48,704 nt of DNA. Source: Octopus sinensis. Lineage: Eukaryota. The notes under the pieces were generated by a model. It was not told where the DNA came from, did not search any database, and saw only the letters and a program-made list of their open reading frames with translations. Each line of letters begins with the position of its first letter. Positions within the stretch are counted from its first letter, which is position 1. Shown in pieces: positions 24,945-36,241 of the stretch. Where the stretch lies: assembly GCF_006345805.1 (NCBI RefSeq), contig NW_021834645.1:1-48704 (forward strand). Reading direction: 5' to 3'. Position numbers and translations under genes: made by a program.

Positions 24945-25323
24945 TCTTTATATATATAAAAGAGAGGTTGTGTGATGTCTGTCTCCTACGATTTAGATTC
25001 CTAACTACTCCTACAATTTGCGGTGCAGTTTAACCAAAACCGGGTATCTTATAGTCGTGATTCATATCAAGCCCTTCTGGGTATTAGCGCGCGTCTACGA
25101 TGAGTCTACAATTTAAATAAAAATTACCATCAATTTTTCCCATTTTTAATGCATTTTTGGCATATATAAGGGAATTAAATCTCAGAACGTAAAAAGCTAC
25201 AGTAACACCTCCCCCCACTTTGTGGTTAGCCATATTGAGATGGCTATTAAACTTTACATCTCTAAAAATGCTTATATAATTATTTCCCTTACAAACACGA
25301 GCAACGCCGGGCGATACTGCTAG
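24945..25323 (+). mobile_element. Non-autonomous Helitron-like element (copy 1)
   Basis: A^TC start, CTAG^T end, GC-rich subterminal hairpin region (CGAGCAACGCCGGG), no TSD. Near-identical inverted copy at 27436-27831. Confidence 0.8.
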
Positions 25324-25603
25324 TTTTTATATAAATCAGCAAAATTCAGTAATATTGAATTTTGATGGCAATGTCTTACGTGTTTCACATTTTTCACTAT
25401 AGTTCATAGTAAATTTTTGCGACTCATCATCGACTGATGGATTTTTCGCGACGATATTCGAAGAATTGTCTTCCAATTTGTTATCTCATATCGAAGACCT
25501 TATCTTCGATTTCTTAAATATTGCATGAATGACATTGGCGAAATTTATTAGACGTGATATGTAGGCATTTCTTGAAATGATTTGTCATTTCGTCATTACT
25601 TAT

Positions 25604-25663
<60 letters not shown>

Positions 25664-25699
25664 CCTGTGTGTGTGCGCGTGCGTGAGCCTGTGTGTATG

Positions 25700-26210
25700 T
25701 ATACCAGGTTGAGTAATAGGTAAGCAACGTTTTGAACCATGAAGAATTTGTACCGGATTTTTGCAAAGCTTTGAATTTTTTTTAATATTTTTTTTGCAAT
25801 TATCTAATAATACAAACATAGACTTGCCCAAATGCATCAATAAATTAAAATCGATATTTTGTTTTCACCGTTGTTACAATCATCTCAAATGAAACTGTCA
25901 AAGAGCGATATTCGAGCAATTTCTTTATTCAACTTCAAAAAAGGACGTAAAGCAGCCGAAAGTGCTCACGATATCAACGAAGCTTTTGGTGAGAAAATGA
26001 CCAGTGAGTGGTCAGCTCGAAAATAGTTTAAGCGATTTCGCAGTGGAGACATGTCTCTCGAAGTTCGTGAGCGTAGTGGACGGCCATCTGTCATCGATGA
26101 CTGTCAATTAAAGACCGTCTTTGAGAAAGATCCACGTAAAATCACTCGAAAATTGGCTTGGCAAAAGAACTTCAAGTTAGCCAGAAGACTGCCTGAAACC
26201 ATTTGCAACT
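25700..26210 (+). pseudogene. 5' fragment of a mariner (Mos1/Hsmar1-like HTH) element
   Basis: From ATG 25889: MKLSKSDIRAISLFNFKKGRKAAESAHDINEAFG...RK*FKRFRSGDMSLEVRERSGRPSVIDD...DPRKITRKLA. Confidence 0.85.
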
Positions 26211-26359
26211 CTGAAATTCGGACCAGTACGGTAATACGGAAATTTTTTAGAAATTTCTATCGGCTTGTTTCGAGACGCATAAATTATAATGGTTATTGAC
26301 AATTTGTCTATTTTCGGCATATTTAGCATTAGAATTTTTCTTTTGCCTTTATTTTATAA

Positions 26360-26418
<59 letters not shown>

Positions 26419-26546
26419 TATATATATATTATATATATATATATACCAGAGTAATCACATAAATGCGAAACAAGGTGGAAAAAATATTACTGGAATACCG
26501 GAGGTAGAGTAATATGCTTTATCAAAGAGCAGCAAAAATATCACAA

Positions 26547-26592
26547 AAAACTGTTACTCAGAGTTTCACGTTCTCGTTCATCGGACAGTTTT
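26547..26592 (-). ncRNA. Compact type I hammerhead candidate (U4C core variant)
   Basis: Minus strand AAAACTGT-CCGATGA-ACG-AGAA-CGT-GAAACTC-T-GAGTA^ACAGTTTT: 8-bp stem I, all three stems present. Confidence 0.7.
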
Positions 26593-26819
26593 GTTTAGAA
26601 TGCAACAGAAATAAGGTTATATGCAAATATATACATTTAGTTTAATGGATACACATTTGAAAATGGTTTTGTTTCATTGGTCCTTTCAAATAATAGTCTT
26701 TACAATAACCGTTGCATGTAATGAATAAAATTCGGTATAAAATCATCTTTTTAAATCGAAGAAAACCTAAAAGTAGCTTATAAGGAAAGACTGTGTCAAT
26801 ATACCCAGGGTAAATAATT

Positions 26820-27237
26820 ATTTACTCTTTTACTTGTTTCAGTCATTTGACTGTGGCCATGCTGGAGCACCGCCTTTAATCGAGCAAATCGATCCCAGCA
26901 CTTATTCTTTGTAACCCTAGTAATTATTCTATCGGCTCTCTTTTGCCGAACTGCTAAGTGACGGGGACGTAAACACACCAGCATCGGTTGTCAAGCGATG
27001 TTGGGAGGGGGTACAAACACCGACACACAGACTTATACACACACATACATTTATATATATAAATACATATATACGACGGGCTTCTTTCAGTTTCCGTCTA
27101 CCAAATCCACTGACTAGGCTTTGGTCGGCCCGAGGTTATAGTAGAAGATACTTGCCCAAGGTGCCATGCAGTGGGACTGAACCCGGAACCATGTGGTAGG
27201 TAAGCAAGCTGCTTACCACACAGCCACTCCTACGCCT
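26820..27237 (-). mobile_element. SINE family A
   Basis: Reverse complement of the family consensus. Confidence 0.92.
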
Positions 27238-27435
27238 ATTTGTAAAATATAATTCAATTAATACATTAAAAGTTACGTCCGTTAAAATTTTTTTCACGTT
27301 GCATTACATATACATTTAGCAGTATATGTACATACCAAACCGTCTATAATATACATATATACACTAAAACATACAAGTGTATGTACATAGCTACATACAT
27401 ACACAGACATATACAAATGCATATATATATATATA

Positions 27436-27831
27436 CTAGCAGTATCGCGCGGCGTTGCTCGGGTTTGTAAGGGAAATAACTATATAAGCCATTTTAGAGA
27501 TGTAAAGTATAATAGCCATCTCAATATGGCTAACCACAAAGGGGGGGGTGTTACTGTAGCTTTTTACGTTCTGAGATTTAATAATAAATTTTTGAGAGTT
27601 ACTTCCCTTATATATGCCAAAAATGCATTAAAAATGGGAAAAATTGATGGTAATTTTTTTTTTAAATCGTAGACTCATCGTAGACGCGCGCTAATACCCA
27701 GAAGGGCTTGATATGAATCACGACTATAAGATACCTGGTTTTGGTTAAACTGCACCACAAAATGTGGGAGTAGTTAGGAATCTAAATCGAAGGGGACAGA
27801 CACTCACACAACTACAGTTTATATATATAGA
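27436..27831 (-). mobile_element. Non-autonomous Helitron-like element (copy 2)
   Basis: Reverse complement of 24945-25323, inserted in a TA-rich tract. Confidence 0.8.
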
Positions 27832-28315
27832 TATATATACACATGCGCGCGCATAAACTCCCCTGGCGTATGCTTATACAAGTTTGTTGTTACAGGCGAA
27901 AGAAAGAGAAGGAAAAAATTAGCGAATATTTAGTATAAGGAGGAGGAAGAGGAGGAAGAGACAGCGGAGAAGAAGAAAAAGAAAATAAAAGAAAGAAAGA
28001 AAAACAGAAAACAAGCGAGAGAAAGGGGGAGAATAGATAGGGGAAGGGAGTGCTACGTATTGACACCCGAAAGTAACCCACAACATTTGGATACTTCATA
28101 TGGCTTGCGCAACGAACACATAAAAACGCACACATACAATTACATGTATATGTACATATACACACCACATGGATACGCAAACATATAGAGAAAAATACAA
28201 AAATATGTACGCAAATACATTATATAGTAAATTATAGTAAATACAAAATTATAACAGATATACATACAGTAAATACAAAATTGTACACAGATATACATAC
28301 ACATTTATATATATA

Positions 28316-28353
<38 letters not shown>

Positions 28354-28425
28354 GATAAAACGGTAAGATAACAAAAGAAAGAAAGAGACCTCAATATTAT
28401 GTAAATAGAGGAAATTTATCTATAC

Positions 28426-28605
28426 ATATGTTACATTACTCGGTAGTCAAGATAAAACTCTGAGTTTCAGATGCCGAAGTGGAAATCCACAACACCATCT
28501 CTTCGGTTATCTATAGCCAGATAACCGAAGAGATGGTGTTGTGGATTTCCACTTCGGCATCTGAAACTCAGAGTTTTATCTTGACTACCGAGTAATGTAA
28601 CATAT
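28426..28605. repeat. Perfect palindrome, 87-bp arms with a 6-nt loop; hammerhead-like motif in each arm
   Basis: 28426-28512 versus 28519-28605. AGATAA-CCGAAGA-GATG...CATC-TGAAACTC-A-GAGTT^TTATCT at 28519-28581. Confidence 0.9.
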
Positions 28606-28607
28606 TG

Positions 28608-28640
<33 letters not shown>

Positions 28641-28810
28641 ATATATTATATATATATATATATAAACATACTAAAAAACACGCACGCACACACACACCAT
28701 ATATATACAAAATAAAAATACACACACACACATTATATATATACATAATAAAAATACACACACACATGCACACATACACACACACACATATATCTATATA
28801 CATAATAAAA

Positions 28811-28848
<38 letters not shown>

Positions 28849-29579
28849 GTGAGACTCAGTCTCAACGTATGGCTCACCACTTCACCCTACGTGGATACCC
28901 CCTCACCACTATCCACACCGCCCTTGCCAGAGCACGTCCGTGGACCGTGTATCTGCTCTCTCTCCCCGAACCCGCCCTGTAGTCTCCCGCCTCCCTTTCC
29001 CCTCACTTACCACCCCACGACCCTACGTCTCCAACGCACCATTCTTCGAGCTTCCGTCGTCTCCGTCCGACCCGTCCACTTCACCCTCTTCCCTAACCGA
29101 CCCCTCCCCTCTTTCAAACGAGCCCACAACCTTCGAGACCTTTTGGTCCATAGCTCCTTCCCTGACCCTACCTCCCAACCCGGCTCGTTCCCCTGCTCCC
29201 GCCCACGTTGCCGCGCACTTGCCCTTACCTCTCCAACACCACCCGCCTCACTAGCACCCACCATCGACCCTATCCCATCATCCACTCCTTCACCTGCACC
29301 TCCAGCAATATTATCTATTGCATCTCTTGCTCTCTCTGCAATTCCTTGTACATCGGACAAACGGGACGCCGCTTGGCTGACCGTTCGCGAACACCTTCGT
29401 GACATCCACCTTGCGAACGACACACCGGTCTCACGCCATTTCCTTCCGCTCCACCGTCACTCCTTGCAACACCTATCTGTGTTCGGTTTGTCCTTACACA
29501 GAGGCCATCCGGATTCCCGTTTGCGCCGTGAACAGGAATTAATCTTCTCTCTTCGCTCTTATACGCCATTTGGTCTCAA

Positions 29580-30178
29580 CTCTCCCCCCTCCTCTCTAAC
29601 CCCCCTCTCCCCCTCCTCACCTATCCTTTCTCCCCCCGACCCCCACTTCTTCAGTCCTTCATCCTTTCACCCCTACTCCCCTTCCTTCTTCCCTCTTTCT
29701 CCCTCCCTCTTCCTCTTCCCTCTGCTCCCTCACTCCCTCTCTCCCCTTCTCTCTCCCCCTCTCCCTCTTTCCTCCTTCATCCCTCTCCTCCCCTTCCTTC
29801 TCCCCATCCTCTCCTCTTCACCCTCCCCTCCCCCCCTTCTTCCCCCCCCCCTTCTCCCCCCCCTTCTCCCCCCCCCCCTCTCTCCTCACTACACACCACA
29901 TGACTTTACACATCACATCACATATGATGTGCCATACTAATACACACACCAACTAATACATACTAATACGTACTAATACATACTAGTACATACTAATACT
30001 TACACCAACCCTATACATACACACGTCCAGACCCCGCATACGCACTTATACTCTCTCACACACACACACACACACCTATACATACCAATACGTACTAATA
30101 CATACTAATACATACTAATACATACACCAACCCCATACATACGCACGTCCAGACCAATCCCACGCACTGATACTCTCT

Positions 30179-30217
<39 letters not shown>

Positions 30218-30280
30218 ATACATACTAATACATACACCAACCCTATACATACACATCCAGACCCCTCCCACGCACTTTTA
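29580..30280. repeat. C/T-rich tract, then CATACTAATA repeats and three ~120 bp compound units inside the PLE 3' region
   Basis: TACACCAACCC(T/C)ATACATAC...TCCAGACC recurs near 30001, 30123 and 30233. Confidence 0.8.
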
Positions 30281-30434
30281 GCTGGTCCCTCAACCCTATT
30301 ATCTCCCCTTATTTCGCTCTCGCGTCTCATGTTTGATCTTTGACCTCTGGCCGAAATCAGATCGCCATGTTGATTCGTTAGCTACTGCACGCATTTTTTT
30401 CTCTCCTTCTTTCTGTGTTTTTCTCTCTCGTGTA

Positions 30435-30472
30435 TCTTTCTGTTGAAGAGCGTAGGCTCGAAACGTTAAAGA
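30435..30472 (+). ncRNA. Minimal PLE-type hammerhead (A6U core variant)
   Basis: TCTTT-CTGTTGA-A-GAGC-GTAG-GCTC-GAAACGTT^AAAGA. Confidence 0.7.
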
Positions 30473-30887
30473 CTTGTTTTATTTATATTTCCTGAGCGCC
30501 ATACTAATACAATTGTTCGTTTTTTTCCACCTGCCTTCGTCTTTTGTTTATTTTCATAAAGCTTCCCGTTATATATATATATATATATATACATAATAAA
30601 AATAAACACACATACACACACACATATATATATACATAATAAAAATACACACACACACACATTTATACATTATTACGTAAATAAATCTCGGCAAAGCTTT
30701 AGCTTAAAACTTAATTTAAATTCAAATTTATAAAACAGCCGAAGACTTTCTTAAAAATGAAATCGCAATATGCATTAGTGTTGTGATGGAAAATAACTCT
30801 ACAGTGTAAAATCACATTCAAATGCGACTGTCAAAAAGTATATTTCGAAAGTAGAAACATTTTAGCCATTCGGTATTTTGTCCGTTT

Positions 30888-31122
30888 AAGGTGGCGAGCT
30901 GGCAGAAACGTTAGCACGCCGGGCGAAATGCGTAGCCGTATTTCGTCTGCCGTTACGTTCTGAGTTCAAATTCCGCCGAGGTCGACCTTTGCCTTTCATC
31001 CTTTCAGGGTCGATAAATTAAGTACCAGTTACGCACTGAGGTTGATGTAATCGACTCAATCCGTTTGTCTGTCCTTGTTTGTCCTCTCTGTGTTTAGCTC
31101 CTTGTGGGTAGTAAAGAAATAA
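30888..31122 (+). mobile_element. SINE family B, monomer
   Basis: 14-bp TSD GTATTTTGTCCGTT at 30873-30886 and 31123-31136. Confidence 0.92.
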
Positions 31123-31260
31123 GTATTTTGTCCGTTGACATTTTAGACGTGAGCTGTTAAATTTCTGCAGGCAGGCCATAAAATTTAAAAAGTCAACCGA
31201 CAAAATACCGTATGGGTAAAATGTCTTGATTTTCGAAATATACTTTTTGACTGTCGCATT

Positions 31261-31490
31261 GTTCAGCGGTTAGAGCGTCGAGCTTACGATCGTGAGGTTG
31301 TGAGCTCGAATCCCGGACCGGGCTGCGTATTGTGTTCTTGAGCAAGACACTTTATTTCGCGTTGCTCCAGTTCACTCAGCTGTAGAAATGAGTTGTGAGG
31401 TCACTGGTGCCAAGCTGTATCAGTCTTTGCCTGGGAGGGGAACTTTCTAGGTGTAATCCCATGGTCTGTGTCGTGACCGAAGGGGTTCTC
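31261..31490 (+). mobile_element. tRNA-derived SINE related to family C, 5'-clipped
   Basis: B-box-like GCTCGAATCC, GTGTTCTTGAGCAAGACACTTTATTTC; flanking duplication ACTTTTTGACTGT(C/A)GCATT. Confidence 0.8.
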
Positions 31491-31599
31491 AGAACTTTTT
31501 GACTGTAGCATTAGAGAATACAGTTCTATATTTAAGAGATGAGGAATTATGTACATTATTTACATTTGACAGATATTAGTCTTCATCTTGTTTGTTGTT

Positions 31600-31645
31600 A
31601 ACACAACGTTTCGGCTGATTTACCCCCCAGCCTTCATCAGGTGTC
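31600..31645 (-). ncRNA. Minimal type I hammerhead, canonical core
   Basis: GACAC-CTGATGA-A-GGCTG-loop-CAGCC-GAAACGTT^GTGTT; palindromic stem III AACGTT, GUU triplet. Confidence 0.75.
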
Positions 31646-31695
31646 TTGGGGAAATTTCAAACCTGGGTTCTCATTCCTAAGGCATTTTTCGATGC

Positions 31696-31732
<37 letters not shown>

Positions 31733-31734
31733 GA

Positions 31735-31807
31735 AGTCACTACCTGGAATCGAACTCGGAATCTTGGGGTTAGTAGCCCGCACTCTTAACCCCTACGCCA
31801 TATGCCC
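31735..31807 (-). promoter_or_regulatory. tRNA-like Pol III internal promoter (A and B boxes); not a functional tRNA
   Basis: TGGCGTAGGGG (TGGCGTAGTGG in the 7.5 kb copy) and GAGTTCGATTCC; anticodon-arm-like GGG-CTACTAA-CCC; acceptor stem does not pair. Confidence 0.65.
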
Positions 31808-32427
31808 GTGGACAATTATGGAGTTTCTCTTTCCTTCTTTTATTTTCTGTTTCTTTTTCTCCACTCCTCCTCACCATACTATGGAGTGAATTTTAGGGCC
31901 TATAAATCTAACATTTTTCTCTCCTTCCTTAATACCGGTTCCCATATGCTGCTCATATCTGCACTCGGTCTGCTTAGGCGGTTGTTGTGTCCTAGCATAT
32001 GTGCTGCTTCTTTTAGTTTTCGTATTTTCCAGTGGTGTTCTCTGTCTATTATTTTAACTTCATCCCACGGGGGGAAGTGGTCTCCGTTTTTCCATACATG
32101 ATCAGCTATACACGATTTGTCAATATCTCCCCGTGTCACAGCTTTGCAATGTTCGTCTACCCTTATTTTGAGAGGGCGGCATGTTTCGCCTTTGTATAAC
32201 CTACCACAGCTTGCATAGGATGGAGTACACGCAGTCTTTGGTCATATTGTCTTCTGTAGGTGGTTTTACTCGAAGGAGATATTTGTAAAGTGTTGCATTA
32301 CTGTTGAATACTGTCCTGATGTCAATATGCACCGCATATTTTTTGTATCTTTTCGGAGAGGCCTTTCACATAGGGTAGACAGACTGTGGACAGTGTGTTG
32401 GCTTCATCCTGAAGTTGATCTTGCTCC

Positions 32428-32540
32428 TAACCACATGGTTCCGGGTTCTGCCCCACTGCGTGCATCTTCGTCGAGTATCTTTAACGATAGTCTCGGGCTG
32501 ACCAAAGGAGACGTAAACCGAAAGAGGCCCGTTGTTTATA

Positions 32541-32586
<46 letters not shown>

Positions 32587-32825
32587 CCGTATGTATATAT
32601 CTGCGTGTGTGTGTTTCTCTTTGTGTCTGGTTATTTTATCTCCCCATCAACATTTAACACCGATGATGGTGTGTTTACGTCCCCGTAACTGAGCCATTCG
32701 GCAAAAAGACCGATAGAACAACAACTAGGCTTAAGAAATGATCCGTGGGGTCGATTCAGACCAAAATCCCTTCATGGCGGTGCTCCAGCAAGACCGCAGT
32801 CAGATGTTTGAAACAAGTATAAGAT
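32428..32825 (+). mobile_element. SINE family A, 5'-clipped and diverged
   Basis: AACCACATGGTTCCGGGTTC...GGTGCTCCAGCA...GAAACAAGTA. Confidence 0.8.
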
Positions 32826-32927
32826 TAAAAGAATACATACATGCATTCCTTATATATATGTATTCCATATTTATGTTTTATGTTTTCTAGTTTCAGCTCT
32901 TGAGCTGTGGCCATGCTGGGGCAACAT

Positions 32928-32987
32928 TTATATATATAATATATATATATGCATATATATATAATATATATATATATACATATATAT

Positions 32988-33042
<55 letters not shown>

Positions 33043-33196
33043 GACGATTACATATGTATGTATGTTTAAACATATATACATACATCCATACACACATACA
33101 CATGTACATCACATCGCATACACATACACACACACGCACATACACACGCATGTCCACCTGCCTTCGTCTTTTGTTTATTTTCATAAAGCTTCCCGT

Positions 33197-33230
<34 letters not shown>

Positions 33231-33307
33231 ATTTATATATGTGTTATAATATATATATGTGTAATATATATAATATATATATATATATATGTATGTATGT
33301 ATATATA

Positions 33308-33346
<39 letters not shown>

Positions 33347-33407
33347 ATATATATGTTTATATATAAATATATATATATATATATATGCATACATATATAT
33401 ATATATA

Positions 33408-33457
<50 letters not shown>

Positions 33458-33460
33458 TAA
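32928..33460. repeat. (TA)n-rich tract containing a 45-bp PLE 3' terminus at 33153-33197
   Basis: TCCACCTGCCTTCGTCTTTTGTTTA(A)TTTTCATAAAGCTTCCCGTT-(TA)n matches 30526-30570. Confidence 0.85.
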
Positions 33461-33784
33461 CACGCTTCCTAACACACCATTGCACAAACGCAGATTTAAT
33501 ATTACACGGCGAGAAAAATATTTTCTATATTAATCATGGGAAAACGATTGTAAGTTGAAAAGCTACAACTATTGCCGTTGTTGCTGTTACTGTTGTTGTT
33601 GTTGTTATTGTTATTCTGCTTGTATATCACATCGATTTCCGACACACACCAATATTGTTTTGTAATAGGTAGACTATCATATTGATTTCTTTCATGAGCG
33701 CTAGACCTCAATTTCAGAGAAGCGATATAGGAGCCACATTGAATGAATTTTATTCTTTCACAAAGTCTAGTAATTTACGTTGTA

Positions 33785-34637
<853 letters not shown>

Positions 34638-35128
34638 GAGTGAGAGAGCAGTTCATGCCATCAAAGTGACACTGGGGTAAAATAACGAAGCCCAATATAC
34701 CCATCATGACTACCCGTCTGATAAAGGTACACCAGGCACAGCACACAACCATATGTGCGCGACATGGTGATCTCATATCAAGATAAACAGCACATGACCT
34801 TGCAGGTGGGGCCCAGTTAGAATTTTCTTCAGGTTGAGTAGCCCATCCCGCTCAAACGGTCCCTGAATAAGGGTTGTTTAAGGATGTTGAAAGAACCACC
34901 CATGTTTCCAGAGGTGAACTATTCAAACCCCAAGAAATCCCTCTCAACACATGGCTATGATGCTCCCCCACTACTTCTGCTCGTGATCAGAGATGCACAT
35001 ATCGTCAGCCACTAAGGGACATGCTCAACTGTTAAGGTCAAACAACTGACAAGCAAATCTGTGGTATTGAGCAGAATATTGCTGTAGCCCATCTTTTATA
35101 CCAAGACAAACAATGTACATGATAACAC
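34638..35128 (-). mobile_element. Dispersed repeat, probable 3' UTR of a non-LTR retrotransposon with (TAA)n tail
   Basis: Embedded in (ATT)n on both sides; homologous to 48528-48704 in opposite orientation. Confidence 0.65.
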
Positions 35129-35159
<31 letters not shown>

Positions 35160-35269
35160 TTATTATTATTATTATCGTTATTATTATTATTATTATTATC
35201 ATTATTATTATATTATCGTTATTATTATTATTATTATTATTATCGTTATTATTATTTTATTATTAATTA

Positions 35270-35306
<37 letters not shown>

Positions 35307-35307
35307 C

Positions 35308-35340
<33 letters not shown>

Positions 35341-35397
35341 TATTATTATTATTATCGTTATTATTATTATTATTTTATTATTATCGTTATTATTATC

Positions 35398-35456
<59 letters not shown>

Positions 35457-35472
35457 CGTTATTATTATTACT
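35129..35472. repeat. (ATT)n microsatellite
   Basis: Directly visible. Confidence 0.97.
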
Positions 35473-35674
35473 ATAGCGCTGTCGCTTTGGCGATGACGGA
35501 GTGTACGCTTTTTACTTATACCTCATCGATGGCGCCAAATATTATTGAAATGCCCGAAAAGATCTCCTTTAAGCTGCAGACAAACTTCGTTGAATAAAAA
35601 TAAAAGAAAGAGACGGCGAAAGAGAACAGACAGAACGAAAAGAATTGTGTGCGATAGCTTGTGTGTGGAGCAGA

Positions 35675-35882
35675 GTGGTGGTGGTGGTGGTTGGTGGTGG
35701 GGGTGGTGGTGGTGGTGGTGGTGGCGGTGGTGTGGAGGTGGTGGGTTGTTGTGGTGGTGGTGGTGGTGGTGGTGGTTGTGGTGGTGGTGTTGGTGGTGGT
35801 GGTGGTGGTGGTTGTGGTTGTGGTGGTGGTGGTGGTGTTGGTGTTGGTGTTGGTGGTGGTGGTGGTGGTGGTGGTGGTGGGT
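35675..35882. repeat. (GGT)n microsatellite
   Basis: Directly visible. Confidence 0.97.
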
Positions 35883-36139
35883 GATTTAATGCCAAGATAT
35901 CAAGAAGCCTTGCCAATCGTCTCAATCGACCATACATATCTAATGAGTGTAAAAGTTGTTTGTAAAAGCGCTAAGTTAATTTCTTTTGACAAGGCATAAT
36001 GCCAAGGTATGCAACGAATTGGTATGATGTATTGAATGAATGAATCGAACCCCAGTATATCAGTGGTATTTATACGATTGAACTCCAGGAAAAGAACAAA
36101 AATCAATATTTTTAAGATGTAGGACCTGGATGTAGATAT

Positions 36140-36187
36140 AACAAAATAATCATAAAAATAATAATGATAATAATAATAATAATAATC

Positions 36188-36241
<54 letters not shown>

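Larger units (their letters stand above)
28870..30570 (+). mobile_element. 5'-truncated Penelope-like retroelement (Neptune-type), linker + GIY-YIG + 3' region
   Basis: Frameshifted FPLTYHP...FKRAHNLRDLLVHS...PCSRPRCRTC...FTCTSSNIIYCISCSLCNSLYIGQTGRRLADR.REHLRDI...RLRREQELIFSLRSYTPFGLN. Ends in (TA)n. Confidence 0.9.
30821..31515. mobile_element. Palindromic MITE-like element carrying two nested SINEs
   Basis: AATGCGACTGTCAAAAAGTATATTTCGAAA at left and TTTCGAAATATACTTTTTGACTGTCGCATT at right. Confidence 0.7.
31525..32425 (-). mobile_element. 5'-truncated Penelope-like element (Penelope/Poseidon-type): GIY-YIG ORF end, tRNA-like head, (AAT)n, hammerhead
   Basis: Minus-strand VCLPYVKGLSEKIQKI...VYSILC/CGRLYKGETCRPLKIRVDEH...KSCIADHVWKNGDH...WDEVKIIDREHHWKIRKLKEA, stop at 31900. 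Confidence 0.9.

Noticed and set aside
28849-29940. 363-aa Pro/Ser-rich ORF as a host gene
   Set aside because: Mosaic of frameshifted PLE linker/GIY-YIG coding sequence and a C/T-rich tract.
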